Position numbers and translations under genes: made by a program
Source of the DNA: an uncultured Nitrospirota bacterium
GTDB lineage: Bacteria > Nitrospirota > Nitrospiria > DATECO01
DNA length: 39,321 nt
Assembly (NCBI GenBank): GCA_964348105.1
Contig: CAYGBP010000008.1
Coordinates: 3,663 to 42,983, forward strand
Reading direction: 5' to 3'
The notes under the pieces: generated by a model
Databases searched by the model: none
What the model was told of the DNA's origin: nothing
Seen by the model: the letters and a program-made list of their open reading frames with translations, nothing else
Shown: piece after piece, positions 25,918-34,708 of the stretch
Layout of the letters: every line of letters begins with the position of its first letter
Numbering within the stretch: the first letter of the stretch is position 1

Positions 25918-26289
25918 ATGAAAGGCGGGTACAATAACCAGCAGGCGTACGCGTTGTTGAGAATCGTAACCGGATTTCTCTTCATCTGGCACGGCGCGCA
26001 GAAGCTGTTCGGTTTTCCGATCCCGGCGCGCGAGGGGACGCCGGCCTTGATAACCAATATTTCCGGTCCGATCGGGGGAGCGCTCGTCATGATCGTCCCG
26101 TTTACAAGAATCTCGGCCTTCGTGTGCAGCGGTCTCATGGCGGCCTACTGAATGGCGCACGGAACCAATGCATTGTTCCCGATATAAAACGGCGGTGATC
26201 TCGCAGTGCTCTTCTGTTTCGCTTTTTTGCTGGTTTCCACCCAAAGGGGCGGCATCTGGAGCGCGGATTCGGTGAGGGGGAAAACTTAG
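25918..26289 (+). pseudogene. DoxX-family membrane protein pseudogene (decayed paralog of 34319-34708)
   Basis: It is colinear in one frame with the intact copy. It carries in-frame TGA 26149-26151 (AAY*MAHG versus AAYWMAHG) and TAA 26185-26187 (FPI*NGG versus FPIQNSG). It also has small in-frame length differences. Confidence 0.8.
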
Positions 26290-26328
26290 GCGGGCGCAAG
26301 GCAGAGGCAGGACCTCACTCCTTCAATC

Positions 26329-26361
26329 AAAAGCCCACCCGTTTTCGCCGGGTGGGCTTTT
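26329..26361. terminator. Bidirectional rho-independent terminator
   Basis: A perfect 10-bp GC-rich stem, AGCCCACCCG (26332-26341) / CGGGTGGGCT (26349-26358), has a 7-nt loop. It is flanked by an A-run on the left and a T-run on the right. It lies between the convergent DoxX remnant and the PEP-CTERM gene. Confidence 0.75.
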
Positions 26362-26384
26362 GCTGAAGATCGCCGGGTGAAACC

Positions 26385-27008
26385 CTATGCTGAGAACCTT
26401 CTTCGGAGGGCAGCCATTCCCACCAACCCTGAGCCGAGTAGCAGAAGCGTGCCCGGCTCAGGCACTAGGGCCGCGCCCCCGAAAATTGCCGCATGGGTGC
26501 AACCCCCGGTACACAGATTGGGGCGGTCAATACCGCTTTGTCCCTGGAGCCCCAATAATTGGACCGCAATGGTGTGTGTACCGTAAGTCAGTCCGCTGAC
26601 GACCAGACTCTGATGGCCGAGGTTATACAAATCGTAATCGCTCAAAACCGTCGCGCCGTCCACGAGAAAGTTCGCGCGGCCATCGTTGCCATTGCCATCC
26701 ATCATGAAACTAACCGCCGTACTGGCAACCGTGAACGTTGTCGATCCGGTCAATCCCGCCCCGGTTAAAAGCCACAATTGGCTGGTGCTTCCAGAGTGAC
26801 TTCCCGTTCCGGATACCGTCCAGTCCCCCGTTGATCCAGTCGTGGAATCATAGAAGGCATCTCTGTATTCCGATATCGAGTACCCCCCCACGGAAGTCAG
26901 TGCATCGCCGCTTTCAGGGATCCACTGGACCGTTAAGGCGCTTACCGATGCGGAAACCGAAAAGAACGCAACCATCGCCAACGGAATAATTCGAAATAGC
27001 TTCTTCAT
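26385..27008 (-). CDS. PEP-CTERM sorting-domain secreted protein
   Basis: Signal peptide MKKLFRIIPLAMVAFFSVSASVSA. The C-terminus VPEPGTLLLLGSGLVGMAALRRRFSA shows the PEP motif, a TM segment and a basic tail. A strong SD (AAGGAGGA) lies upstream. Confidence 0.85.
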   Translation of the reverse strand: MKKLFRIIPLAMVAFFSVSASVSALTVQWIPESGDALTSVGGYSISEYRDAFYDSTTGSTGDWTVSGTGSHSGSTSQLWLLTGAGLTGSTTFTVASTAVSFMMDGNGNDGRANFLVDGATVLSDYDLYNLGHQSLVVSGLTYGTHTIAVQLLGLQGQSGIDRPNLCTGGCTHAAIFGGAALVPEPGTLLLLGSGLVGMAALRRRFSA

Positions 27009-27353
27009 GGTATATCCTCCTTGGGCCCTCTCCCCGCGAGGCCGCGGAATGGGAAGGATCGTTTGTTATCATCAGGCGAAGAAGTTACCGTGGCTGCTGC
27101 TCCATCTTGTCGAGGTCCGGTGAAAATTTTTGTGAGTCATCCAACCCAGGCCTCGTCAGATCATTACCGGCAAGACCAGCCGCCTTTTTATGTTTTCACC
27201 TTGCCTCTTTAATAGCATGACGATGGTTCCTTTTCAATCCCCGTTTTCAGGGAATCTGGAAGGGCTCAGGCCAGGCTCAACAGGGCAAAGCCGGTATCGA
27301 AAGGCGGTTAAAATCCGAAGCCGAGCTGATGGTTCGACAGGTGTCCAACGAAT

Positions 27354-27384
27354 TTGACAGAGTCAATCAGGGGGCCCCGCGGGG
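27354..27384. promoter_or_regulatory. Two palindromes at enhancer distance from the sigma54 promoter (candidate bEBP binding sites)
   Basis: TTGACAGAGTCAA (27354-27366) and CCCCGCGGGG (27375-27384) lie about 70-100 nt upstream of the -24 element. Confidence 0.3.
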
Positions 27385-27452
27385 TCATTTTGTCATGGTT
27401 TAACCTTGCTTACAATCAAGTAGGTTATATGAGACCCCGGCGGGCGATTCTA

Positions 27453-27468
27453 TGGCATAAGGTTTGCT
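27453..27468 (+). promoter_or_regulatory. Sigma54 (-24/-12) promoter upstream of the 2-oxoacid oxidoreductase operon
   Basis: TGGCATAAGGTTTGCT matches the TGGCAC-N5-TTGCW consensus with exact GG/GC spacing. It lies 53 nt upstream of the GTG start at 27521. Confidence 0.6.
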
Positions 27469-27520
27469 ATTTTAATTGGTAGGGACATACAAACCTGCGG
27501 AAAGATAAGGCGGAAAGAAG

Positions 27521-28099
27521 GTGCTGCAGATCCGTATCCATGGGCGCGGAGGGCAGGGCGTCGTGATCGCGGCAGAGATCCTGGCGCTGGCGGCCTTCAG
27601 GGACGGGAAGTACGGCCAGGGCTTTCCGAGCTTCGGGTCCGAACGCAAAGGGGCTCCCGTCACAGCGTTCTGCCGAATCGGCTCTCAGGAAATCCGAAGC
27701 CGGGAGCCTGTCGTCCAGCCGAATGTCGTCATTATCCAGGACCCCACGCTGTTGAATCGAAGCGATCTGTTCACCGGACTGGACGCCTCCGGATTCATAT
27801 TAATCAACTCCACGAAGACTTTTCAGGAGCTGGGTGTCAGCAGTCTGATCGGGGAGTTTTCGGCAGGTCATGTTTGCACGGTTCCCGCCAGCGAAATTGC
27901 CCTTGAGCATCTGGGCCGGCCACTTCCCAACGCGGTCTTGCTGGGCGGGTTTGCCGCCCTGACCGGGGCGTTAACACTCGAATCGGTCAAAGCGGCCATA
28001 CGAGAAAGGTTCCCCGGTTCGGTGGGAGAAAAAAACAGCGCGGCGGCTCAGGCGGCCTTCGATTATGTGATCTCCCATGCGACGGCTCAGGCGGCCTGA
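27521..28099 (+). CDS. porG: 2-oxoacid (pyruvate-type):ferredoxin oxidoreductase, gamma subunit
   Basis: 192 aa with a GTG start. IRIHGRGGQGVVIAAEILALAA is the typical gamma-subunit N-terminus. Confidence 0.85.
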   Translation: MLQIRIHGRGGQGVVIAAEILALAAFRDGKYGQGFPSFGSERKGAPVTAFCRIGSQEIRSREPVVQPNVVIIQDPTLLNRSDLFTGLDASGFILINSTKTFQELGVSSLIGEFSAGHVCTVPASEIALEHLGRPLPNAVLLGGFAALTGALTLESVKAAIRERFPGSVGEKNSAAAQAAFDYVISHATAQAA

Positions 28100-28123
28100 G
28101 CCTGACCTATTTTGGGGCGTGTC

Positions 28124-29377
28124 ATGTTGAGACAAATGGAAGGATCCCAGGCGGTTGCTGCGGCTGTTTCGGCCTGTCGACCGGAGGTCATATCCTGTTA
28201 TCCGATCACACCGCAGACGCACATTGTGGAAACACTTTCGGCGATGGTGAAGAGGGGGGATCTTGGCCCCTGCCAGTTTATCAATGCCGAGTCGGAATTT
28301 GGAGCCTTGAGCCTGCTGATCGGAGCGTCTGCCGCGGGGGCCCGAACCTACACGGCCACCAGCAGTCAGGGTCTTCTGTTTATGACCGAAGCGGTCTACA
28401 ATGCCTCCGGCCTGGGGCTTCCCATCGTCATGACGATCGGCAATCGCGCCATCGGAGCGCCGATCAATATCTGGAACGACCATTCTGATAGCATGTCTAT
28501 GCGGGATGCCGGTTGGATTCAGCTTTACGCGGAAAACAATCAGGAGGCGGCGGATCTGCATCTTCAGGCCTTTCGCCTGGCGGAGGAACTCAGCTGTCCG
28601 GTCATGGTCTGTATGGATGGTTACATTCTGACCCATGCGTTTGAGCCGGTGGATCTCCCAAGCCGGGAACAGGCCGACGCCTATTTGCCGCCTTACAAAC
28701 CAGCCCAGGTTCTGGATCCGGCGGATCCAATTACCATCGGAGCGATGGTAGGTCCGGAGGCCTTTTCGGAGGTGCGTTATCTGGCTCACCACAAACAACT
28801 TCGGGCCCTGAAGCGGATTCCGGTCCTGTCGGCCGAATTCAGGAGGCAGTTCGGTCGGGAATCGGGAGGGCTGCTTAATACCTATCGCGTTGACGGTGCC
28901 CAGACCGTCATCATCGCCCTGGGGTCGGTAATCGGCACCATCAAGGATGTGGTGGATCAACTGCGCGAGGAGAACCTGCCCGTGGGGTGCATAAAGGTGG
29001 TTTCCTATCGCCCCTTTCCATCGGAGGCGCTTCGTTCGGCGATCGGGGATGCGAAACGGGTGATTGTGGTGGAAAAGGATCTGGCGGTCGGTAGGGGCGG
29101 GATCGTTTCGAGCGATGTCAAGATGGCCTTCCGTAGCCATCCTCCGACCGTTCAGACCGTCATTGCCGGTTTAGGCGGAAGGGCCATTTCAATGGCGTCA
29201 TTGAAGGCGATGGCAGAGCGGGCCATCTCGGGGGAGCTCGAGGAGCCACATTTTTTGGACCTGAACTGGGAAATCATCCGGAAGGAACTCGCTCGAGTGA
29301 ATACAAGGGGGCTATCGGGCCCGGTGACCGAAGGCATCCCGCTCGACGTTAATTCGGCCGCCTCGAAAGTCAAATAG
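28124..29377 (+). CDS. porA: 2-oxoacid:ferredoxin oxidoreductase, alpha subunit
   Basis: MLRQMEGSQAVAAAVSACRPEVISCYPITPQTHIVE is the typical alpha N-terminus. I prefer ATG 28124 over the track TTG 28112. Confidence 0.85.
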   Translation: MLRQMEGSQAVAAAVSACRPEVISCYPITPQTHIVETLSAMVKRGDLGPCQFINAESEFGALSLLIGASAAGARTYTATSSQGLLFMTEAVYNASGLGLPIVMTIGNRAIGAPINIWNDHSDSMSMRDAGWIQLYAENNQEAADLHLQAFRLAEELSCPVMVCMDGYILTHAFEPVDLPSREQADAYLPPYKPAQVLDPADPITIGAMVGPEAFSEVRYLAHHKQLRALKRIPVLSAEFRRQFGRESGGLLNTYRVDGAQTVIIALGSVIGTIKDVVDQLREENLPVGCIKVVSYRPFPSEALRSAIGDAKRVIVVEKDLAVGRGGIVSSDVKMAFRSHPPTVQTVIAGLGGRAISMASLKAMAERAISGELEEPHFLDLNWEIIRKELARVNTRGLSGPVTEGIPLDVNSAASKVK

Positions 29378-29390
29378 GAGGAGCCTGCTG

Positions 29391-30371
29391 ATGTATCAAC
29401 GCATCAAGTTCTACCAAACAGGGACCTTCACGGTGGGCAATCGGCTGCTCGATGAGGAGAACCGAACGGTTCAGGCACGTACGGACCGTATGAATTCCCT
29501 GGATTCGGGCCACCGAGCCTGCCAAGGTTGCGGGGAAGCGCTCGGGGCACGCTATGCCCTCGATGCTGCGTTGCGGGCGAGCCGCAATCAGCTGGTCGTG
29601 GTCAATGCAACCGGTTGCCTGGAGGTATTTTCGACGCCTTATCCCGAAAGTTCCTGGCGGATTCCATGGATGCATTCACTATTCGGGAATGCCCCGGCGG
29701 TGGCGAGCGGCGTGGCGGCGGCTTTGCGGGCGAAGTGCAGGCCGGATGTGCGGGTGATCGCGCAGGGCGGGGACGGCGGCACCGTGGATATTGGCTTTGG
29801 CTGTCTGTCCGGGATGTTTGAGCGCAATGACGACGTGCTCTATATCTGTTACGACAATGAGGCATACATGAATACCGGCATTCAACGGTCCGGGTCTACC
29901 CCTCCCGCGGCCCGAACCGCCACCACGCAAGCAGTGGGAAGCCAGCCCGGCAACCTTTTCGGAATCGGTAAGAATCTTCCGCGTATCGCGATGGCCCACG
30001 GGATTCCATACGTCGCGACGGCCTCTGTCGCGGACCTTCATGACCTGGAGGCCAAGGTGGCCAAAGCCACGGTGATATGCGGAGCGCGCTATATCCATGT
30101 CCACGTTCCGTGCCCGTTGGGCTGGGACCATGAACCGGCTCTGACGATCCGCGTGGCCCGGCTTGCGGTGGAATCCGGTCTTTTCCCTCTTTTCGAGGCC
30201 GAGTCGGGAACGGTTACCGGGCGTATGCCAATTCGCCGCAAGGTTCCGGTGGATGAATATCTTCGCCTGCAGGGGCGGTTCAGGCACCTTTTCAAGGATC
30301 CGCCGGACACCGAAGCGATTGCGGCGATTCAGGCGATTGCGGATAAAAATATTTCGCTTTTTGAATTGTGA
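29391..30371 (+). CDS. porB: 2-oxoacid:ferredoxin oxidoreductase, beta (TPP-binding) subunit
   Basis: It has AGGAGG upstream, the Cys motif GHRACQGCGEA, the TPP motif GGDGGTVDIGFGCL and YDNEAYMNTGIQRS. Confidence 0.88.
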   Translation: MYQRIKFYQTGTFTVGNRLLDEENRTVQARTDRMNSLDSGHRACQGCGEALGARYALDAALRASRNQLVVVNATGCLEVFSTPYPESSWRIPWMHSLFGNAPAVASGVAAALRAKCRPDVRVIAQGGDGGTVDIGFGCLSGMFERNDDVLYICYDNEAYMNTGIQRSGSTPPAARTATTQAVGSQPGNLFGIGKNLPRIAMAHGIPYVATASVADLHDLEAKVAKATVICGARYIHVHVPCPLGWDHEPALTIRVARLAVESGLFPLFEAESGTVTGRMPIRRKVPVDEYLRLQGRFRHLFKDPPDTEAIAAIQAIADKNISLFEL

Positions 30372-30387
30372 GACAAGAGAGACGAGC

Positions 30388-32016
30388 ATGCAGTGGAAAC
30401 CCTTTGCCGTCACGCTGGACCCCGATAGCGGCCGGGCCAACCGGACCGGGAGTTGGCGCTCGATGCGGCCCGTTTACGTGGACCGATGGCCCCCATGCAA
30501 TGAGGCGTGTCCGGCGGGTGAGAATGTCCAGGCCTGGCTCTATCACGCCGAGGAAGGAAAATATCGGGAGGCCTGGCTGGAAATCATGAAGGACAACCCC
30601 TTTCCTGCGGTCCATGGACGGGTATGCTATCACCCGTGTGAGACGGCGTGCAACCGGGGGCAAATGGATGCGGCGGTGAATATCCATGCCATTGAGCGGT
30701 TCCTGGGCGACCTGGCCATCCAGAAGGGATGGAGGGTCGACTGCGGAGATGCCACCGGCAAAAAAATCATGATCGTGGGGTCCGGACCGAGCGGTCTATC
30801 CGCCGCCTATCACTTAGCCCGCCTGGGTCATGCCGTTACGGTTTACGAGGCCGGCTCCAAGGCAGGCGGGATGTTGCGCTACGGGATTCCCCGTTACCGC
30901 CTTCCCCGTAAGATTCTGCAGGCGGAGATCGCCCGGATTCAGGAAATGGGTGTCGTCATTAATGTCGGTGCGAGGGTAGCGGATCTTGAGGCAGTCATGA
31001 AGGAAGGGGGTGTTGATGCCGCTTTCTTGGCGATCGGCGCCCACATCGGCAAGCGCATTGAAATCCCTTCAAGGGATGTCGTGAAAATTTTCGATGCTGT
31101 GCGTTTTTTGCGCGATATGGAAGGGAAGTCTCCTCCGAGGCTGGGGCGCCGGGTGGCGGTGTATGGGGGGGGGAATACCGCTCTGGATGCGGCACGCACG
31201 GCCAAACGGCTGGGCGCGCACGAAGCCATGATCATTTACCGTCGCGACCGTGCACACATGCCGGCGTATGACTTTGAGGTGACGGAAGCCTTGGATGAAG
31301 GGGTGGTGATCCACTGGCTGCGTACCATCCAGAAGGTGGAACCCAATAAATTTGCGGTCGAGGTGATGGAGTTGGATGAAAAAGGCAAGCCGCAACCGAC
31401 GGGAAGATTCGAGGAAATCGATGCCGATACCCTGGTCCTGGCCCTGGGACAGCAGGTGGATGCGGGTTTTCTGCGAACTGCCCGAGGAATTGAAATCACG
31501 GACGACGGGACCATCCAGGTCGATGAGAATCTCATGACCGGGCGCGCGGGGGTGTTTGCCGGGGGGGACATGGTGGCCGGAGAACGTACGGTTACGGTCG
31601 CGACGGGACACGGAAAAAAGGCGGCCCTGCATATCGATGCATACCTTCGGGGGCTGTCCATGGTCGAACCGCAACGGCCTCCGAGGGCGACCCATGACCG
31701 TCTGAATCCCTGGTACTATGCGGACGCGGATCAATCCAAGCAGCCATTGTTGGGGCTAGCGCGGCGTCGTACCGGCTTCGACGAGGTGGTCGGGGGGCTT
31801 CGGGAGGATACGGCCCTTTCGGAGGCCCGGCGTTGTTTATCCTGCGGAAACTGTTTTGAGTGTGACAACTGTTATGGGTTTTGTCCGGATAATGCCGTGA
31901 TCAAGCTCGGCCCGGGAAAGCGGTATGCTTTTGATTACGATTACTGCAAAGGGTGTGGCATCTGCGCGGAAGAATGCCCTTGCGGCGCGATTGAGATGAT
32001 CCGGGAGACAGCCTGA
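30388..32016 (+). CDS. Fusion protein: delta-subunit-like N-terminus, GltD-like NAD(P)H/FAD oxidoreductase and a C-terminal 2x[4Fe-4S] ferredoxin domain
   Basis: I prefer ATG 30388 (MQWKPFAV...TGSWRSMRPVY). It has the GltD-type Fe-S motifs PPCNEACPAGENVQ and GRVCYHPCETACNR. It has two Rossmann motifs (IVGSGPSGLSAAY, VAVYGGGNTALDAA). The C-terminus is CLSCGNCFECDNCYGFCP...CKGCGICAEECPCGAIE. Confidence 0.8.
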   Translation: MQWKPFAVTLDPDSGRANRTGSWRSMRPVYVDRWPPCNEACPAGENVQAWLYHAEEGKYREAWLEIMKDNPFPAVHGRVCYHPCETACNRGQMDAAVNIHAIERFLGDLAIQKGWRVDCGDATGKKIMIVGSGPSGLSAAYHLARLGHAVTVYEAGSKAGGMLRYGIPRYRLPRKILQAEIARIQEMGVVINVGARVADLEAVMKEGGVDAAFLAIGAHIGKRIEIPSRDVVKIFDAVRFLRDMEGKSPPRLGRRVAVYGGGNTALDAARTAKRLGAHEAMIIYRRDRAHMPAYDFEVTEALDEGVVIHWLRTIQKVEPNKFAVEVMELDEKGKPQPTGRFEEIDADTLVLALGQQVDAGFLRTARGIEITDDGTIQVDENLMTGRAGVFAGGDMVAGERTVTVATGHGKKAALHIDAYLRGLSMVEPQRPPRATHDRLNPWYYADADQSKQPLLGLARRRTGFDEVVGGLREDTALSEARRCLSCGNCFECDNCYGFCPDNAVIKLGPGKRYAFDYDYCKGCGICAEECPCGAIEMIRETA

Positions 32017-32446
32017 ATTTCGTGCAAGGGCTGAGGCATAAGATAAGTAATGAAAAGGATTTTGCCCCAGCGGTCGGCTTAAAATAAATGAACCATTACC
32101 CTTCAGGATCGCCCGCCCAATTCGGGATTCCGGCAAATGGCCTGTCCGATCGGAATTCATAAAAATGAGTGTTTTGCCGATCGTCATCAGGTGTATGATG
32201 AGTTCTACGGAGGAGGTCCGTGAAGAGTCTGCTAAGGCTGCCCTGCTTCTCGTCGGTATTATCTTTCTCCGGGTCCCAGCTGAGTCCTTAGGGGATCGGA
32301 CTGTTTTTCCTGCCATGCGGCCTCCAGATAACAAGGGAGGCACCTAGCTCCGGAAAGGGGCAAATAGGTCGGAAGGCGGTTGATTGGATTTGACCGGGAT
32401 ACATGAGTGGGTCTATATTATGCCCGGCAGCGAATGATGGGGCGAT

Positions 32447-33241
32447 ATGGCTTTCTGGGGCATCCGGTACCCTGTTTTGCTTTTTGCGTCGGTTCTGGCA
32501 ACGGTTCAGTGTCAGGCGCTCGTTCCGGCCCGAGTCGAGCTGACGCGGCAAAACATTCCGTTCACTGCCGAGGAATTTGTTTCGCGTGCCGAGCGGGGTG
32601 AGGAGCATACCGTTTCGCTTTTTCTGGCGGCGGGAATTGATCCGGAGGCGGCTGGACCGGATGGTTGGACCGCACTGATGGCGGCGGCCGACGGCGGATG
32701 GGCCGAGATCGCGGAGCTTCTCCTTTCAAGGGGAGCGGCTCTTGAGACGCAAGATCATTTCGGCCGTACCCCCCTGACGTACGCGGTTGAAAGCGGCCGG
32801 GCCCGCGTGGTGGAATTGCTGCTCGAGCGCGGTGCCAGCGTTCAAGCGCGGGATGACAAAGGGGTCACCGTCCTAATGTACGCCGCCGGATTCGGCCGGC
32901 CCGGGATTGTGCAAAGTTTGATCTCTCGCGGTGCTGAAATCGAGGCAAAAGATCGTAATGGTTTCACGGCGCTGATGATGGCGGCATTCGAGGGGTATCC
33001 CGAAGCAGTGGATGCGCTGATTGTGGGTGGAGCGAACGTGGAGAGCAAAGATCGGAACGGAATGACCCCCCTGATGTTCGCGGCGGGCCGGGGTCATCTG
33101 GAAGTGGTTCAAACCCTGAGCGCATCGGGTGCCGAGCTGGATGCGAAGGCTGCCGACGGCCGCACGGCGCTTCAGATGGCGCGCGCGCTGGGCCATCAAT
33201 CGGTTGTCGAGTGGCTGCGGACGGCCGGTGCCAGGGAGTAA
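32447..33241 (+). CDS. Secreted ankyrin-repeat protein (about 6 repeats)
   Basis: Signal peptide MAFWGIRYPVLLFASVLATVQCQA. Repeats follow the pattern G.TALM.AA..G....V..LL..GA (GWTALMAAADGGWAEIAELLLSRGA, GRTPLTYAVESGRARVVELLLERGA and others). Confidence 0.88.
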   Translation: MAFWGIRYPVLLFASVLATVQCQALVPARVELTRQNIPFTAEEFVSRAERGEEHTVSLFLAAGIDPEAAGPDGWTALMAAADGGWAEIAELLLSRGAALETQDHFGRTPLTYAVESGRARVVELLLERGASVQARDDKGVTVLMYAAGFGRPGIVQSLISRGAEIEAKDRNGFTALMMAAFEGYPEAVDALIVGGANVESKDRNGMTPLMFAAGRGHLEVVQTLSASGAELDAKAADGRTALQMARALGHQSVVEWLRTAGARE

Positions 33242-33245
33242 CGAG

Positions 33246-34205
33246 ATGCGGACGCTTGTCTTCATGGCTATGGCTTTGTCACTAGTTATTCACGCGCAAA
33301 GGGATGCGGCACGGGCGGTTGAGCCGGCAATCGGAGGCTCCCCGTCGGGGACGATTCCAGCCCTCGTATACGTGTCGGACTATTTTTCTTTTGTCGGCAT
33401 GGATGATACGGGACACGTGGTCTTCGCACTGGACAACAACCGGGGCCGCGACGGAAAGGATTATCAAGCCGAGCATTTCGCGGTGCTTCATGATGAGCGG
33501 GAGGGTTGGATCAAGGTTACCGGTGATGGTGCTTACGAGAATGTGGGGGAGGAATTGCTGACAATCCCCGACTCCATGGGATTTCGATTTGAGGGAACGC
33601 CTCGAAGTGGAATGACGATCTTCAGCGCGACCAACAAAATCGTTTTGCGGGTGGAACCCATTACGGAACGGCTGGCACATACCCTTGCCGATGCCGAATT
33701 CTGGATGGGATCGGCCCCTGCGGTGCTCGAATGGCAGGGTCGAACGCTCAAAGGGCGCGTGATCTATGAATACCTTTACCTGCCTGATTTCAATCGGCTT
33801 ACCCGGACCTATTGGGGGCTCTGGAAGGATTTTCAAGCTTTTTATATCGCGCTCGATGATGCGAGCGATCTCTATCTTCACAGCCAGAAAAGCGAGAAGT
33901 TGTCGGCGTTGACAGGTGATCTGATCGGATTTGCCCTGATAGACGGTCGGCCCGATCCTTTGGAAGGCCTGGACCTCGAGGTGACGCGGCGGCGCTTTAC
34001 ACCAGGGTTCTATCGATGGCCAGTGGGCTGGCGGTTGATGTGGGCGAGGGGGGGATCGCCCGTCGAGATCAAATTCGATCTCGTCGATCGGATCGTGCTC
34101 TCGAACTGGGTGATTGGCGGTTTCGCGATGGGAATTGTCAAGGGGGAGATATTCTATGAGGGGGCGAACAGGCCGTTTTATGGCTTGGCCGAATTGCTGA
34201 TGTAG
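33246..34205 (+). CDS. Secreted protein of unknown function
   Basis: ATG 33246 lies 4 nt after the ankyrin stop. Signal peptide MRTLVFMAMALSLVIHAQRDAARA. I recognise no family for the 319-aa product. Confidence 0.6.
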   Translation: MRTLVFMAMALSLVIHAQRDAARAVEPAIGGSPSGTIPALVYVSDYFSFVGMDDTGHVVFALDNNRGRDGKDYQAEHFAVLHDEREGWIKVTGDGAYENVGEELLTIPDSMGFRFEGTPRSGMTIFSATNKIVLRVEPITERLAHTLADAEFWMGSAPAVLEWQGRTLKGRVIYEYLYLPDFNRLTRTYWGLWKDFQAFYIALDDASDLYLHSQKSEKLSALTGDLIGFALIDGRPDPLEGLDLEVTRRRFTPGFYRWPVGWRLMWARGGSPVEIKFDLVDRIVLSNWVIGGFAMGIVKGEIFYEGANRPFYGLAELLM

Positions 34206-34318
34206 CGTTTTGGGGTGCCCGGGTCATATGGGCGGCGGGCTTCCATCAAGGGGGGAGAACGCTTGGTTCAAGCGGGCTCCGGATCTCAAACTGTGTCTCC
34301 AACCATGGGAGGAGCGAG

Positions 34319-34708
34319 ATGGCGGCTTTCATGTCGTTTTTCAACAACCAGGCGTATGCGTTGCTTCGGATCGTTGTCGGTTTTCTTTTCGTGTGGCACG
34401 GGACCCAGAAGCTGTTCGGCTTTCCGGTGGCGGCGCGTGAAGGGACCCCCGCCTTTATCACCTACATCGCAGGCCCGATCGAACTGGTGGGCGGGGCGCT
34501 GGTCATGATCGGCCTCATGACAAGGGTATCGGCTTTCGTTTGCAGCGGGCTGATGGCCGCGGCCTACTGGATGGCGCACGGCACGAAGGCCGTGTTTCCG
34601 ATTCAGAACAGCGGTGAGCTGGCCGTCCTGTTCTGTTTCATATTCTTGCTCATCTCCACGCAGGGCGGCGGAATATGGAGCATCGATTCGATGCGTGGCA
34701 AGCCGTAG
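34319..34708 (+). CDS. DoxX-family membrane protein (intact copy)
   Basis: GGAGGAG lies upstream. The 129-aa product has QAYALLRIVVGFLFVWHGTQKLFGFP and 4 TM segments. Confidence 0.85.
   Translation: MAAFMSFFNNQAYALLRIVVGFLFVWHGTQKLFGFPVAAREGTPAFITYIAGPIELVGGALVMIGLMTRVSAFVCSGLMAAAYWMAHGTKAVFPIQNSGELAVLFCFIFLLISTQGGGIWSIDSMRGKP

Noticed and set aside
27971-29140. 389-aa minus-strand ORF
   Set aside because: It is antisense to porA and the end of porG. It has no motifs, whereas the plus strand encodes canonical OFOR subunits.
30163-30387. 5' extension of the GltD-like ORF in the track (start at 30163)
   Set aside because: The extension overlaps the end of porB out of frame and reads as Arg-rich nonsense. 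The family-typical sequence begins at ATG 30388.
29679-30440. 253-aa minus-strand ORF, and 31069-31734 (221 aa)
   Set aside because: They are antisense to porB and to the GltD-like gene respectively. Their composition is that of shadow frames.
31837-32343. 168-aa minus-strand ORF extending into the 32017-32446 gap, considered as a possible mobile-element or toxin remnant
   Set aside because: Its 3' part is plain antisense to the ferredoxin domain, and the rest shows no motif I can recognise. There is no supporting SD or start context.
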